Shown: positions 50,840 through 61,900 of the stretch, one piece after another
Numbering within the stretch: position 1 is the stretch's first letter
How the letters are laid out: each line of letters starts with the position of its first letter
NCBI GenBank assembly: GCA_963422395.1
Contig: OY729431.1
Span: 640,001-704,000, forward strand
DNA: 64,000 nucleotides
Direction of reading: 5' to 3'
Source of the DNA: Vicinamibacteria bacterium
Lineage (GTDB): Bacteria > Acidobacteriota > Vicinamibacteria > Marinacidobacterales > Marinacidobacteraceae
The notes under the pieces: model-generated
Told to the model about the DNA's origin: nothing
The model's database searches: none
Seen by the model: the letters and a program-made list of their open reading frames with translations, nothing else
Program-made: the position numbers and the translations under genes

Positions 50840-51924
50840 TCGAAGACCTTCTTCAGAATCGAATGCATGGTTTCGAACCGATGGTTTACCTGCTTCGCAG
50901 CGTTCGTCGCATAGGTTATTGCTTTGTTGAAGTCATCGTCCTCGAAGAGTTTCTGAATGGCTCTCCGCAGCTCAGATGCCCGCTTCGACGCCTGATCCGG
51001 GTCGACGCGAGAGAGACCGGTGGACAGCACATCCCACAGCGAAGCGTTCAGAACGCTGCGTCGTTCCTGATCCGACTTGTGCTTTCTGAAAGCATGCTGA
51101 CGGAATATCGTATGATTGTTCCCCATCCCGGTGTGGAGCTCCGATGACAACCGGGATAGTTTCGATTCCTCCATCGAATTCATCCTCTTCAGGGCTTCGG
51201 CGAGGAATCGATCCATGTCGCCGTTGTATTCCGAAAGATCCAGGATCTGGAAGGCGCAGAAGCGGTTCACGAACTCTCGATCCCGCATCGTCTTCGGATT
51301 CAGACTGCGGCCGGTCGCTTCGAGAAAAACTTCCGTCCGCGCTTCTTCCTTGAGGAACTTGGTAGCCGGGCCCTGATACAGAGCGTTTCGCATCTGCTGC
51401 CGGGTGAGGGGTATGCCGCCGTTCACCCTTTCGAAGATGTCGAACCGTACAGCTTCCGGGACTTTGGAGTCGATCGTGTAGAAGATCAGGTTCGCGTCTT
51501 CGATCCTATTCTGGAGTTTCGGCTGCAGGTTGGAAAACTTCTTTCGATGGAGCTCTTTTCGATCCGGAAGTTTCAGCGAGAGATCGCCTTTTACGAATCG
51601 AACGAAAGTGGTGAGCCGCTGCAGACCGTCCACCACGACCATCTTGCCATTCTCCTTTTCCGCCATGTAGAAGACTGGAAGAGGGACGCGCATGATCACG
51701 GACTCGATGAGTTTGCTCTGCTTGTCTTCCGGCCAGAGAAAATTTCGTTGGAATTCGGGATCCATGATGTAAGTGCGCTTGTCGATTCGGCGGATCACAT
51801 CATGGATCGTTCGGCTCTCCTGGCGAATCAGCACCTCATTGATCGGATAGTCGCCCCACAAAGACGGCGAGCCCATCCCCTCGATCTCTTCGGTGGCATC
51901 CGGAGACACTAGTGACTCTTCCAT
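50836..51924 (-). CDS. DUF262 (ParB-like) protein (Menshen NsnA-like)
   Basis: PEFQRNFLW, LIESVIMRVPLP, VVDGLQRLTT, FERVNGG; RBS AAAGGA. Confidence 0.88.
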   Translation of the reverse strand: MEESLVSPDATEEIEGMGSPSLWGDYPINEVLIRQESRTIHDVIRRIDKRTYIMDPEFQRNFLWPEDKQSKLIESVIMRVPLPVFYMAEKENGKMVVVDGLQRLTTFVRFVKGDLSLKLPDRKELHRKKFSNLQPKLQNRIEDANLIFYTIDSKVPEAVRFDIFERVNGGIPLTRQQMRNALYQGPATKFLKEEARTEVFLEATGRSLNPKTMRDREFVNRFCAFQILDLSEYNGDMDRFLAEALKRMNSMEESKLSRLSSELHTGMGNNHTIFRQHAFRKHKSDQERRSVLNASLWDVLSTGLSRVDPDQASKRASELRRAIQKLFEDDDFNKAITYATNAAKQVNHRFETMHSILKKVFD

Positions 51925-52220
51925 AAGTTCCTTTCATCCCTGGAGTCTTCCGGTGGGAGTCAGCTAGGGACTCTCTCACGAACTGGGAGTTTCTCTGATT
52001 GTACCGCCCCGACCTTTGCCGGATATCGATTGCCGACCATCATGCTGCGATGTCGAATTTTCGCGGATCGCGTCGGACCTGGCGAGGAAGCGGTCACTGC
52101 GCCGATGCCGGCGAGAATCAACCCTCGAGAGCGGGCTCTTTTGCCGATACCCGCCCGTCCGAGCCCGGCGCACTCCTCGATCGGTCATCGATCTGTCACG
52201 TCTGATCCGTCATGGGATTC

Positions 52221-53582
52221 TCACTGACCCATGGAGTCCAGCTGACGGCACAGCCCCCGGATCCACTGTCTTGCAGGATTACGCTTACTCAGAAGAGTCG
52301 AATGATGTTGACCCTCGGCAGTCTTGATCAAGGCAGGATCTTCCGAGAAGTACAACTCGATTTTCTCCCGGAACAGCTTCTTCGAGTCGGGATCCCGCCA
52401 CTTCTCGATATCTAGCGCAAGGATCAGCTCTTCGTCTGTCACCTGGCCGGCGCGCAGTTTGGAGTACAGCTCGGGATCATGGCTATGCAGCGCGCACACG
52501 AGGGTCACACATAAAGCGGGGATGTCCTCATCGAGTTCGTTTCTGTTCCCACGCAAACAGACTCCGACATCTCGCATCAGCTGGGCGACCATCCGCAGCG
52601 AGTCGCCATAGCGCGATGTGATTTCTCCTAGAAGAACTGCACCGGTATAGGGCATCTTCACTTTGTATCCCAGCATGTCCTTCCACAGAAAATTCGCGTA
52701 GGCTTCAAGAGTGCCTGTATTCTGGAGTGTCACAGATTCCACGGGAAGGCGGAAATGAGCATGGAAGAACTTTTCCAGATATTTTTTAGAATTCTGGACT
52801 CCGTACTGCATCGTTACTATCTGTTCCAATTGTTTTCTATTCGTGACCAGAACGAAGCAGATATTTTCGACATCGAAGACATGCTTCAGATTTTCCAACA
52901 GCGAGAGCGCATAGGTCGGGCGGCACCGGTCCAGCTCATCGATGATGACGACGAGTGGTCTCGGCGAATCCTTGGGGATTCCTTCCGATGCACTTTCTTT
53001 CGCTTCGGCACTCATGGCATCGGCTAGTGCGGTCAACGCCTGCCGGAATTCATCCAGCGTCTTCCTCTGCTCTTGAGCGTTTTCGAGGCGCTTTTGAAAT
53101 TCCGAATCCAGGTCGACAGATGGATCTCTCTTGACCTTCGACAGGCCATCGACCAGCTTTTGGCCGGTCTCCTCGGACAGGATTCCTCCGGTCACAATTC
53201 GAAGTCCGAGACCTGCGAGAGATGGCAGGAGGTGTTTTCCCAGGCTCGTGACCTTCCTGAGGAAGACTTTCCTTTCTTCGCCGTTAGGAGCCCGATCGAA
53301 GATCTGGCTCGCAATATCGAAGAGCGGGTCTTCCCCGTTGTCCGCGGAAAACGCATCGAAATAGACGACCGCCGAGCCTCGCTTCCGAAGCAGGCCGGCC
53401 CATTGTCTGGCGAATACAGTTTTCCCCGACCCCCACTCGCCATCCAGAGCGATCACTGACGGCCCTTCAAGGGATTCGACGACGCGCGCGACGGATTCCC
53501 CGAACCTCTGGTAACCGAAGATGTCGGTTCCCTCGAACCCATCACGATCCCCGATCTCTGGGGGTTTCGGTGTCAATCGCAT
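52221..53582 (-). CDS. KAP family P-loop NTPase (no TM segments)
   Basis: LDGEWGSGKT, YFDAF, IIDELDRCRP, YLEKFF; RBS AAGGAG. Confidence 0.88.
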   Translation of the reverse strand: MRLTPKPPEIGDRDGFEGTDIFGYQRFGESVARVVESLEGPSVIALDGEWGSGKTVFARQWAGLLRKRGSAVVYFDAFSADNGEDPLFDIASQIFDRAPNGEERKVFLRKVTSLGKHLLPSLAGLGLRIVTGGILSEETGQKLVDGLSKVKRDPSVDLDSEFQKRLENAQEQRKTLDEFRQALTALADAMSAEAKESASEGIPKDSPRPLVVIIDELDRCRPTYALSLLENLKHVFDVENICFVLVTNRKQLEQIVTMQYGVQNSKKYLEKFFHAHFRLPVESVTLQNTGTLEAYANFLWKDMLGYKVKMPYTGAVLLGEITSRYGDSLRMVAQLMRDVGVCLRGNRNELDEDIPALCVTLVCALHSHDPELYSKLRAGQVTDEELILALDIEKWRDPDSKKLFREKIELYFSEDPALIKTAEGQHHSTLLSKRNPARQWIRGLCRQLDSMGQ

Positions 53583-53595
53583 GGCTTTTTCTCCT

Positions 53596-54123
53596 TCAGT
53601 TCGTTCTCGAAGTGGGCCTGTGCGGGTTGATTTTTGCGGTCACGCCCATGAGAGCGTGCATTTTCCGGGTGAAACGGCGTGCATCTTCGAAGTAGCTGCG
53701 AACACTGTGGACGGTGACGCGCGCCGGGCGGCCGTGCGCCAGCGCGTGCCGGTCGGTCACGATGCTGTCGATGCTGGCCGCGATCTGCCCTTCGGACAGC
53801 GTCTCGAGTTCGTCGGCGGCTCGTTGATCGAACCAGCCTACGAGACGGATCATCTCTTTCGTGCGCGGGCTGCGGAAATACTGTAACTGGTGGTCCACAT
53901 ATTTCAGGACACCGGGGGCGGACCGTGTCTTCGCGTACGCCAGCATCGTTTCTCTGCAGGATGTCTCGAGATAGGCGGATGTCCAGATCGTCATGAGCTG
54001 CGCCAGCCAGGAAAGCTGTTCGATGGAAAGAGGAGGGCTTTTCGATGTCTCCTTCGCCGAATCCAGGGCGCCCTCGATCATCTGCTCGAGCCGCTGACTG
54101 TCTTCCATCATGACACTTTTCAT
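53596..54123 (-). CDS. HEPN domain protein (MAE_18760/RiboL-PSP-like)
   Basis: SAYLE helix and Rx4H motif RHALAH; ATGA overlap with upstream DUF262 gene. Confidence 0.75.
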   Translation of the reverse strand: MKSVMMEDSQRLEQMIEGALDSAKETSKSPPLSIEQLSWLAQLMTIWTSAYLETSCRETMLAYAKTRSAPGVLKYVDHQLQYFRSPRTKEMIRLVGWFDQRAADELETLSEGQIAASIDSIVTDRHALAHGRPARVTVHSVRSYFEDARRFTRKMHALMGVTAKINPHRPTSRTN

Positions 54124-55208
54124 AGCACGGATCGGTAAGCATCTACCGCGTGCTGGATTCGAGCTCGGACGCGGCTCTCGTCCGTCGTTCCCTCGGTATG
54201 CAGACGCTCGGTTCGCAGGATTTCGAGAAGATGGAGATGTGCACACTCTAGACCGGCACCGTCCGTGATCGGCCCGTTGTCGAGACGCTTTGCGATGCCC
54301 ACGAATACTGCATCCAGCACCGCGACATTCAGTGCCTTGTCGGGCCGCAGCGCTTTCGGTCCGAGCATCTCGTCAACGGCCCGCGCGGCTCCAGAAAACC
54401 TCTCCAAGAATTCTCTGATTTTCGTCTCTTCCGGTTTTCGGTGCTTCTCCATGAATCTGTCGAGAAATCTCTTCATCGGCCGTCGATAGGACTCGAGCGA
54501 GTAGTAGAGTGCTAGGAACCGAAGGATGATCTCCTCTTCCTTTCTTCTCTTGTTCCTGGGTCCGTAGAGGTTCCGCCAATGGCCGTCGCCGGCGAGCTCC
54601 GAGAGAAGACGACGGAGCGGCCCCTGGTACACACAGTCCCGGATTTCCTGAGGCGTGAGAGGGGTTCCCGCGGTATTCAGGCGCTCGAAGACGATGCGCA
54701 TGGAACTCCGGTCTCCGCTCGGTTCGTCCTGCTGGAATATCGTCGCGTGTACAACGGCGTCGTCGAGATGGCGGCGATCCGGCCCTTCGAGCGTCTCATA
54801 TGTCTTGTCCTGTAAATCCGAGGATACTCCGACGAGCGAGAACTCTCGATCCTCGAGGAGTCCCAAGTGGAACGCCTGCAGGGTACGGAGTCGCTGCTGG
54901 CCATCGACGACGATGAGTTTGTTGTTCTCCGGATCCCTGAAGAGAAAGATTTCCGGAACCGGAATGCCGAGGATCAGGGATTCGATGAAGCGCGACGACT
55001 GTGCTCTCGACCAGACGAATCCTCGCTGGAATTCCGGGATGACGATGTCCTCACGATTCAACCGGCTCACGATCCCGTCCACCGGCATGTCTGCACCGTA
55101 GCTGGTCACTGCGTAGCGAATCGGTTCTCCCACGGGATCGTCTTCGATGGACGAACTGTCGATCACCCCGAGTTCCTTTTCGTTTTCCTGCATTTCGATT
55201 CTCCTCAT
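54120..55208 (-). CDS. DUF262 (ParB-like) protein
   Basis: PEFQRGFVW, IESLILGIPVP, VDGQQRL, FERLNTAG; true start may be ATG 55193 after GAGGAG. Confidence 0.88.
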   Translation of the reverse strand: MRRIEMQENEKELGVIDSSSIEDDPVGEPIRYAVTSYGADMPVDGIVSRLNREDIVIPEFQRGFVWSRAQSSRFIESLILGIPVPEIFLFRDPENNKLIVVDGQQRLRTLQAFHLGLLEDREFSLVGVSSDLQDKTYETLEGPDRRHLDDAVVHATIFQQDEPSGDRSSMRIVFERLNTAGTPLTPQEIRDCVYQGPLRRLLSELAGDGHWRNLYGPRNKRRKEEEIILRFLALYYSLESYRRPMKRFLDRFMEKHRKPEETKIREFLERFSGAARAVDEMLGPKALRPDKALNVAVLDAVFVGIAKRLDNGPITDGAGLECAHLHLLEILRTERLHTEGTTDESRVRARIQHAVDAYRSVL

Positions 55209-55298
55209 GTTCTCGATGTGGGCTCTGTGGACCAGGGTCTCGAATTCTGAAGCCTTTTCGGGATCTTCGATCGATTTTTCCGCATTCCGGGAGCGCGG

Positions 55299-57209
55299 CT
55301 AATCGCTGTGTTTCTCTGGTCGGAGACCCATATCGGCGAGGAATCGAGACGGCTTTTTCGGCCGCCCGTAATAGGACCGGGCTCGGGTGAGGGTGAGCGT
55401 CTCGCTGGCGCGGGTCATCCCCACGAAACAGACGCGGCGCTCTTCTTCGATCCGAGGATCGGCTTCGCCGTTCGCTTTCGCGAAGTATGAGGGCAGCTGG
55501 TCCTCGGCGAGCCCCAGCAGATAGACATGCTCGAAGGTCTTCCCCTTCGCCTGGTGGATGGTGAGACACTGCACCTCCTCCCGCTTCGGCTCCGGCACGA
55601 TGGGGCGCAGGTCGAGTTCGTGGAGGAACTGTTCGAGCCTCATCGAGTCTCCGCCCTGCCGGTGGATCTTCGCCGCGATCTGACGCCAGACATCGCTTTC
55701 CTCATTCGCTTCGGTTCGTTCCGCCGGGTCCGTCGCGCGCGCTATATCGGAAGCCATGATTTCAAGCGCCTGACGGCTGAATCTCCGGTGATCCGGGCAC
55801 AGCACGAGATGTTCCCGTGCGGCGGCGATCAGCGCCTTCGCGGGAGCAGCGTTGGACTCTTCCGCGGCTTTCGCCACGAATGCGGCGAGCAGTGCACCGT
55901 TTTCGACATCCGCCCGCGATTCGGCGGATGCCGGCGAAACCTCCACTCCCCCGAGTTCGGAGAACGCCTTGACGAGGAGCCGCAGCTGCGCCCCGTCGCC
56001 CGGCGTGTTCGCCAGTCGAAGTGCGGCGAGCAGGAATCGGATGCCCGGAGACACGAACTCGTCTCTGGGTCTCCGGCGCCAGGCGGGGACGCCGGCCGTC
56101 CGCAACGCTTCGTACGCGGCTTCCACGAGCCTGCCGTTGCGCGCCAGAACGGCGATCTCGCCCGACGCGATCTGTCGATCACGAAGATCCCGGCTCACCC
56201 ACGACACTTCCTCGGCTTCGGTGGGAAAGCATCGAAGCCGGACGGATTCGGTCTCTGAGCGGTGACCGGCGGCGACGATCGGAGGTTTCTCGGCCGTCTC
56301 GTTCGGACCCGCCTCCATGAGCCGATTCGCCCGCTCGACGACGGCCGGCGGGCAGCGAAAGCTCTCCGGCAGGTGGAGCACGGCCATCCGGTAGTCGGTC
56401 TGGAGATCAGCGATCCGCTCCGGGCTCGCGCCGTTCCACTGGAAGATCATCTGGTCGTCGTCCGCGACGATGAACAGTTCGCTGCTGCCGGGCGGCCAGA
56501 GCGTTCGGAGCAGCCGATCCTGAATCGCGTTCGTATCCTGATACTCGTCCACGAGGACATGCGGATAGGCAATCGGAAAGTCCGCAGCGATCCGCGGCTC
56601 GCTATCGATCAGGCGAAAGCAGCACCAGAGCAGCGATCCATAGTCCATGCAGTTCTTCTGTATGAGCCGGGCGACATACTCGTCGAGCAGTTCTCGCTTC
56701 CATCCGCTCGCTGCGCCCGGACCCGGAGCGAACGCGGACCGGGCGGCTGGGTCTGCGCGGAACAGGGCGTCCAGGTTGCGTGCGATTCGTTCGGCGGGCG
56801 GCGGCTGGCTTCCCCACGGGGCGCTGGGCCCGAGGGCGTCGGCCAGCACCACCGCGCGATCCGCATTCAGCGTCAGGATGCGAAAGTCTGGGCGCAACCC
56901 GAGGTGGCTCCCGTGCTGCCGTAGTACACCGGCACAAAGCGAATGAAAAGTAGCAATCCGAACCCGATCCGAATCCCGACCCAGCCGAATCGCCACCCGC
57001 TGTTTCATCTCGCTAGCGGCGAAGTTCGTGAAAGTCATCCCGAGCACGCGAAACCGTCTCTTCGGGGTGGCCTGGATGATGCGAACGGCCCGTTCGGCGA
57101 GGACTTCCGTCTTGCCGGCTCCGGGCCCGGCGAGAACCAGGAGCGGCCCTCCCTCCCACGCGACGGCCCGACTTTGTGCCTCGCTGAGGACGACTTCGGA
57201 AGTGCTCAT
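55299..57209 (-). CDS. UvrD/PcrA-like SF1 helicase (Gabija GajB-like)
   Basis: AGPGAGKT, TFTN, TFHS, DEYQD, DDDQMIFQW, TIHQAKG, EERRVCFVGMTRA; ATGA overlap with OLD nuclease. Confidence 0.88.
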   Translation of the reverse strand: MSTSEVVLSEAQSRAVAWEGGPLLVLAGPGAGKTEVLAERAVRIIQATPKRRFRVLGMTFTNFAASEMKQRVAIRLGRDSDRVRIATFHSLCAGVLRQHGSHLGLRPDFRILTLNADRAVVLADALGPSAPWGSQPPPAERIARNLDALFRADPAARSAFAPGPGAASGWKRELLDEYVARLIQKNCMDYGSLLWCCFRLIDSEPRIAADFPIAYPHVLVDEYQDTNAIQDRLLRTLWPPGSSELFIVADDDQMIFQWNGASPERIADLQTDYRMAVLHLPESFRCPPAVVERANRLMEAGPNETAEKPPIVAAGHRSETESVRLRCFPTEAEEVSWVSRDLRDRQIASGEIAVLARNGRLVEAAYEALRTAGVPAWRRRPRDEFVSPGIRFLLAALRLANTPGDGAQLRLLVKAFSELGGVEVSPASAESRADVENGALLAAFVAKAAEESNAAPAKALIAAAREHLVLCPDHRRFSRQALEIMASDIARATDPAERTEANEESDVWRQIAAKIHRQGGDSMRLEQFLHELDLRPIVPEPKREEVQCLTIHQAKGKTFEHVYLLGLAEDQLPSYFAKANGEADPRIEEERRVCFVGMTRASETLTLTRARSYYGRPKKPSRFLADMGLRPEKHSD

Positions 57210-58927
57210 GCCGCTGCCAGGGAGACCGTCTTCTCGAGGATGCGTTTCAATGCTTCGGGAACGGTTGCGGGTTCCTCGAGCATTCTTTTCGTAGCTCGCG
57301 TCGCAGTGGTGACCTTGTTGAAGTCTTTCTTGTTGTAGAGATCGTCGAAACCGTTCTCCTTGAGGAATTCCTCGATGTTCGGATATGGGCAGAGGTATCT
57401 GTCCTCTTCCGCCGCGCCTTCCAGATTCTCCATGGCGGCCCTTTCGTATTTGTTCCGCCCCTTGTCGCCATCGTAAACGAGATACCAGGGGATGCCGAAC
57501 TGGTTGGCGATGCGGATCAGCGAAGCCAGATTGATATCGCTGCATTGCATATGGGCGATGCCGTGCCGGTCGAGGTCGATCCCGAGTGCTTCGGCGACTC
57601 CGGAGAACAGTACTGCCTCGGTTTCCCCCTCGTACACCAGCCAGCAGCGGGCGAAGAGAAGGTCTCCGCGGCCGCGGCGGATCTTGCGCTGGAAGGTCTG
57701 ACGATTCTTCTCGTCCAGGGATCCCAGCTCGGCGCGGTAGGTGCGTACGGCGCTGTCCCGATAGACGAGTCGCCGTACCGATTCGGGGTCGAGTCCGCAG
57801 AGCAAATCGCCGCTGTGCGTCGAAAGGATCTTCTGTCCGGGGAAGCGCTGCACGGCGTCCAGAAGCAGCCGAACCGCCGCCGGATGGAGGTGGGCCTCCG
57901 GTTCTTCCAGGATCGTGATCGGGACGACTGCATCGCCTCCCTCGCCGAGTCGACGCCGCAGGTACGCGTCGAAGAGGAGCAGTACCGCAAGGCTCTGCGC
58001 GCCCTCTCCCTGTCGGTCGAGAGGGATCTTCGCTCCCTGCCGGGAGGCCATGTTCACCCGCGCCTGCGACAGCAGCATCGACGCCCGCGCCGGAAGGGCA
58101 TCCACCGTGACCGGGTCGCCGGCCCCGAACACGATCACTTCCTGGGCGCGTTTCAGGTGGTCCCGCACCTCGCTCAGCGGCGGGTGCGCTTCGATCAGTC
58201 TCTGATTCAGCTCTCCGAGCTCCTTCTCGAAGTCCTCGCGGTCCGCCTGGGAAAGATCTTTGGCAGCCAGGAATTCGCGCCAGAACGGGCCGCGCGACGC
58301 AAAGTGTTTCCCGGCGTCTCGAAGCGCCGATAGAAAGTGCACCGGCGCGGTCCGGCGAAGGGCGGCCATGTGCACTGCCGCGGCTGGCTTCATGGGGTTT
58401 TCCGCATCATCGAGGAACACGCCTTCCGTGATGAACTCCGTTCGATCTGCGTCGTAGGCCGAAGTCACCTGCAGAGTCGTTTCCCGCCTGCCGTCCTCCC
58501 GTAGCACGAGGACATCGGCGAGCTCCTCCCGAAGCTCGACGGGCAGGGTGTCCGGTGCGGTCTCGCCGAGCCGCAACTCGATCTCGATGGGATTCGCCTT
58601 CTCCGCCGACGCTGCCTCATCCACCAGGTGGTAGTCGTATTCCTCGAACACGCGGCTGCTCGGACCTCGCAACCGGTCGAGACATAGTTCGATCGCTTTC
58701 AGGACGGCCGTCTTGCCGGAGTTGTTCTCGCCGATCAGGACGGTCGTCTCCCCCAGGTCCAGTGTCAACTCTTTGATACACCGAAAGTTCCGGATTCGCA
58801 CGCTCGTGAGTCGAAAGCCCGGTCCGGCGGTTTCTGGAGTGCGGCCCTCTCTTCGAGAAGCGTTCTGCTCCGTTGCCGAGTACGCAGCGGAGCCCCCGCG
58901 GTCGGCGGGTTCGTCCAGGGTTTCCAT
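57206..58927 (-). CDS. OLD family ATP-dependent endonuclease (ABC ATPase + TOPRIM; Gabija GajA-like)
   Basis: IRNFRCI, GENNSGKT, QGEGAQS, ILEEPEAHLHP, STHS; TOPRIM VYEGETE and YDGD; RBS GAGGAG. Confidence 0.88.
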   Translation of the reverse strand: METLDEPADRGGSAAYSATEQNASRREGRTPETAGPGFRLTSVRIRNFRCIKELTLDLGETTVLIGENNSGKTAVLKAIELCLDRLRGPSSRVFEEYDYHLVDEAASAEKANPIEIELRLGETAPDTLPVELREELADVLVLREDGRRETTLQVTSAYDADRTEFITEGVFLDDAENPMKPAAAVHMAALRRTAPVHFLSALRDAGKHFASRGPFWREFLAAKDLSQADREDFEKELGELNQRLIEAHPPLSEVRDHLKRAQEVIVFGAGDPVTVDALPARASMLLSQARVNMASRQGAKIPLDRQGEGAQSLAVLLLFDAYLRRRLGEGGDAVVPITILEEPEAHLHPAAVRLLLDAVQRFPGQKILSTHSGDLLCGLDPESVRRLVYRDSAVRTYRAELGSLDEKNRQTFQRKIRRGRGDLLFARCWLVYEGETEAVLFSGVAEALGIDLDRHGIAHMQCSDINLASLIRIANQFGIPWYLVYDGDKGRNKYERAAMENLEGAAEEDRYLCPYPNIEEFLKENGFDDLYNKKDFNKVTTATRATKRMLEEPATVPEALKRILEKTVSLAAA

Positions 58928-58947
58928 GGTGTGATGCTCCTCGGGTC

Positions 58948-61900
58948 TCACGGGTCGGGTTCCGCGGCTTCCCGGAGGGCGCCGGCGGAGAGGGAGAACG
59001 CCTCGGAGGAATGGTGCGAGGTGAGCAGGCGAAAGGGGTTCTGGATCCGCTTCAGCTCGGGTCTCGGACGGCCGCAGTCGAACACCACATACAGCCAGTA
59101 GGCCTCGCCGAAGTGGCACGCCTGCTTCCACTCGTTCGGCTCGATCGAGACGCCGCCGCGCCCCGCCCGGCCCTTGACCTCGATGCGCCGCTGCTCTCCG
59201 TCGGGGCGGATCGAGAGGAGATCGAACCCGGGCCAGTCGGCGAGCCCGGCAGCCCGCGCCTTCTCGGGCTTCGAAACGTCTTGCAAGCGGCCGTGGTGTG
59301 CCCGCTCCCACTCCGAGGCGATGCGAACTGCCATCGCCTCCACGGTCTCGTCGTAGCCTTCGAGTTCGTCGGAATCGGGGGCGGGGATGACGAGTGCGTG
59401 GGCCAGCAGCAGGACCTCGCCGGGATGGATCCGGTCCGGCGCCTCCCGAAGATTTTGGAGTTCGCTCGTCCGCCGGGAAGCGAGCGCCGCCTGCTCTTCG
59501 CGCACCTCCCGCATCGCCTCCTCGTCGGGCGCTGCCCGATCGGAAGACTGGTTGGAAAGCCGATCGGGAAGCCGATCGCGCAGGCGTTTGCGCTGTTCGG
59601 CGAGCTCCGCAGCGCGCAGATCGAATCCGGCGGTCAGCTGCCGGCGCCGCTCCTCGCTGCTCCGGCGGGCTCTTGCGCGATGTTCCCCGACCAGCCGTTC
59701 GGCGATCTCCTGTGCCTGGGCGGCGGCTTCGGCGCGCCTTCCGAGAGAGCGGCTCGCCAGCGGGATCGCCCCCGGCACCGCATTCGGCGCACCGTGGAGC
59801 AACAGCATCCGTTCGACCGGTTCTTCGATGAGCATTCCGTCTTCTTCCTGGCGGAGTCCGATCAGCCGGCGTTCGATGATCCGGCGCGCCGGAGAGGGCA
59901 CACGAAGACTGCCGTGGGGGAGGAGTGCCGGTGGAGCCGCTGCCGGCGGCGGAACCTCCGCTTCGACGCCAACGAGGCCCAGGTGGAAGAAGTACGGCCC
60001 GTCGGCGCGGGGGTCGGCGAAGATCGCGCCGCGCTGGGCATCCCGGGAGAAGAGGTTTCGGACGGCTTCGGAAAGCGCGTCGAAGACCGGCTCTCCGGGA
60101 TGGAGCCATACCCCGGGTTTTCCCGGTGCGATCCGTCTCGCCGAGAGCAGCTCCCGATCTTCCGGGGCGAGGGTGTCGAGTGCCGGGAGGAGGGGGTCGA
60201 GCGCCCCCGCTCGCCCGGGCAGCAGCGTGAAGAACCCGTCGAGGTCCCCGCTGATGGTCAAACCCAGGAGCGGTGCGCTCCTTTCGACGAACCGGAGCAC
60301 ATACGCAGGGAGAAGGCGCAGGGATTCCTCGCGATCCCGTTCGCGGTTCAGCCGGGTGAGACGGGCGGCGACTTCTCCTGGCTTTTCGGGTCCATCGCCG
60401 TAGCGCCGGGTCTCCTCGTCTCGGATTTTGCGCACCCGTTCGCTGCGGAGCGCATCCTTCAGTTCTGCCAGATCGGCCCGCTCGGCGTCGGTCTTCTCTT
60501 CACCGCCTTCCCAAAGTGTCGAGCGCAGGTATTTCTTCAGCGAGCGGCCCTCGAACAGCCGGCCGATGACATCGAAGACCTTGTCCGATTCGAGCTCTTC
60601 CCGGATGGCGTCGAGTTTTTCCAGCAGCACGGCCAGCACCCGCCCCTCGCGGGTGTCTTTCGAGATGAGGTTGACGATGCGGACCTCGTGCTTTTGTCCG
60701 TAGCGGTGGATGCGTCCCATTCGCTGCTCGAGTCGGGCCGGGTTCCAGGGGATGTCGTAGTTCACCATCAGCCGACAGAACTGGAGGTTGATCCCTTCGC
60801 CGGCGGCGTCGGTCGCGATCAGGAACCGGGCTCCGGCGGGATCGCGGAACCGCTCGACCTGTTCCTCGCGTTCGGGCCAGTCCATGCCGCCGTGGATCTC
60901 GGCCACCTGCCCCGAGTAACCGAGCCCTTCGAGCCGCCGGATCAGGGAATCCACGGTGTCTCGGTGCTCGCTGAAGATCAGCCACTTCTCCCGGGGCTCG
61001 ACTTCGGCGCCGCCCTCGAGAACTTCGCGTAGCCGTTGGAACTTGGACTCCTGCCCGGACTCGTGGAGACGCCGCGCCCGGTCGCGCAGGCCTTCGAGCA
61101 CGCCGATTTCGCGCTGGACTTCCTCTTCGGTCACCACTGCGAGCGCGCCGAGCATCTCGTCTTCCCAGGTTTCGATCTCCTCCCGATCTCGATTCGTGGG
61201 GCTTCCCGCGTCGTCATCGGCAGCCCGGATCTCGAAGAGATCGCCCTTGGCTGCCTTTCGGTCCAGTAGCAGTGTCTCGGGCTCGATCCCATCGCTCCGG
61301 ATGTCCTGGACGACCTGCCGGAGTTTTTCGATGCGGCGTTCGAACGACCGCAACAGCGCCCAGGTGGAGCTGGCGAGTCGGCGCTGGAAGACGGTCAGGG
61401 CCAGCTCGACCGCCGGCCGGTTCTTCAGTCGGTTCGTCAGCGCCCGGCCGTAGAACTCGTGGAGATATTCGGTCGTCCTCTCGTAGAGGTCGCGCTCGCC
61501 GTCCGGGCCTTCGCTCAGCTGGTAGCTGAAGGTGTTGCAGCGGCGCGGCAGGAAGAGGGGTGCGCCGTCGAAGCCCACCAGCTCTTCCTTCGTCCGGCGG
61601 AGAAAGTGGCGGCGGCGCACGGCCGGCGACAGCCTCGTCACTGCCGCACCCGTCGAGAACGATTGCGGATCGAGCAGCCGCCAGAGAAAGTGGTAGGGCC
61701 GCTCCCGACCCATGTGCGGGGTGGCGGTGAGCAGCAGGAGGTGCCGGGCCGACCAGCCGAGCCCCGAGAACGGGCCGCTCGGCGCGGCGCCCCCGGAAAG
61801 CGCCTCGGCGAGCTGGTAGCGCTTCGTCTTGTCCACCCGGTCCCCTTCTCCGCCGACGCTCAGCTTGTGCGCCTCGTCGAAGACCACCAGGTCGTAGGGA

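Noticed and set aside
51925-52220. Intergenic stretch with an ARSRGLIL peptide resembling a VapC tail and a TACAAT box
   Set aside because: Match too short with no other PIN residues, and no convincing -35; not supportable
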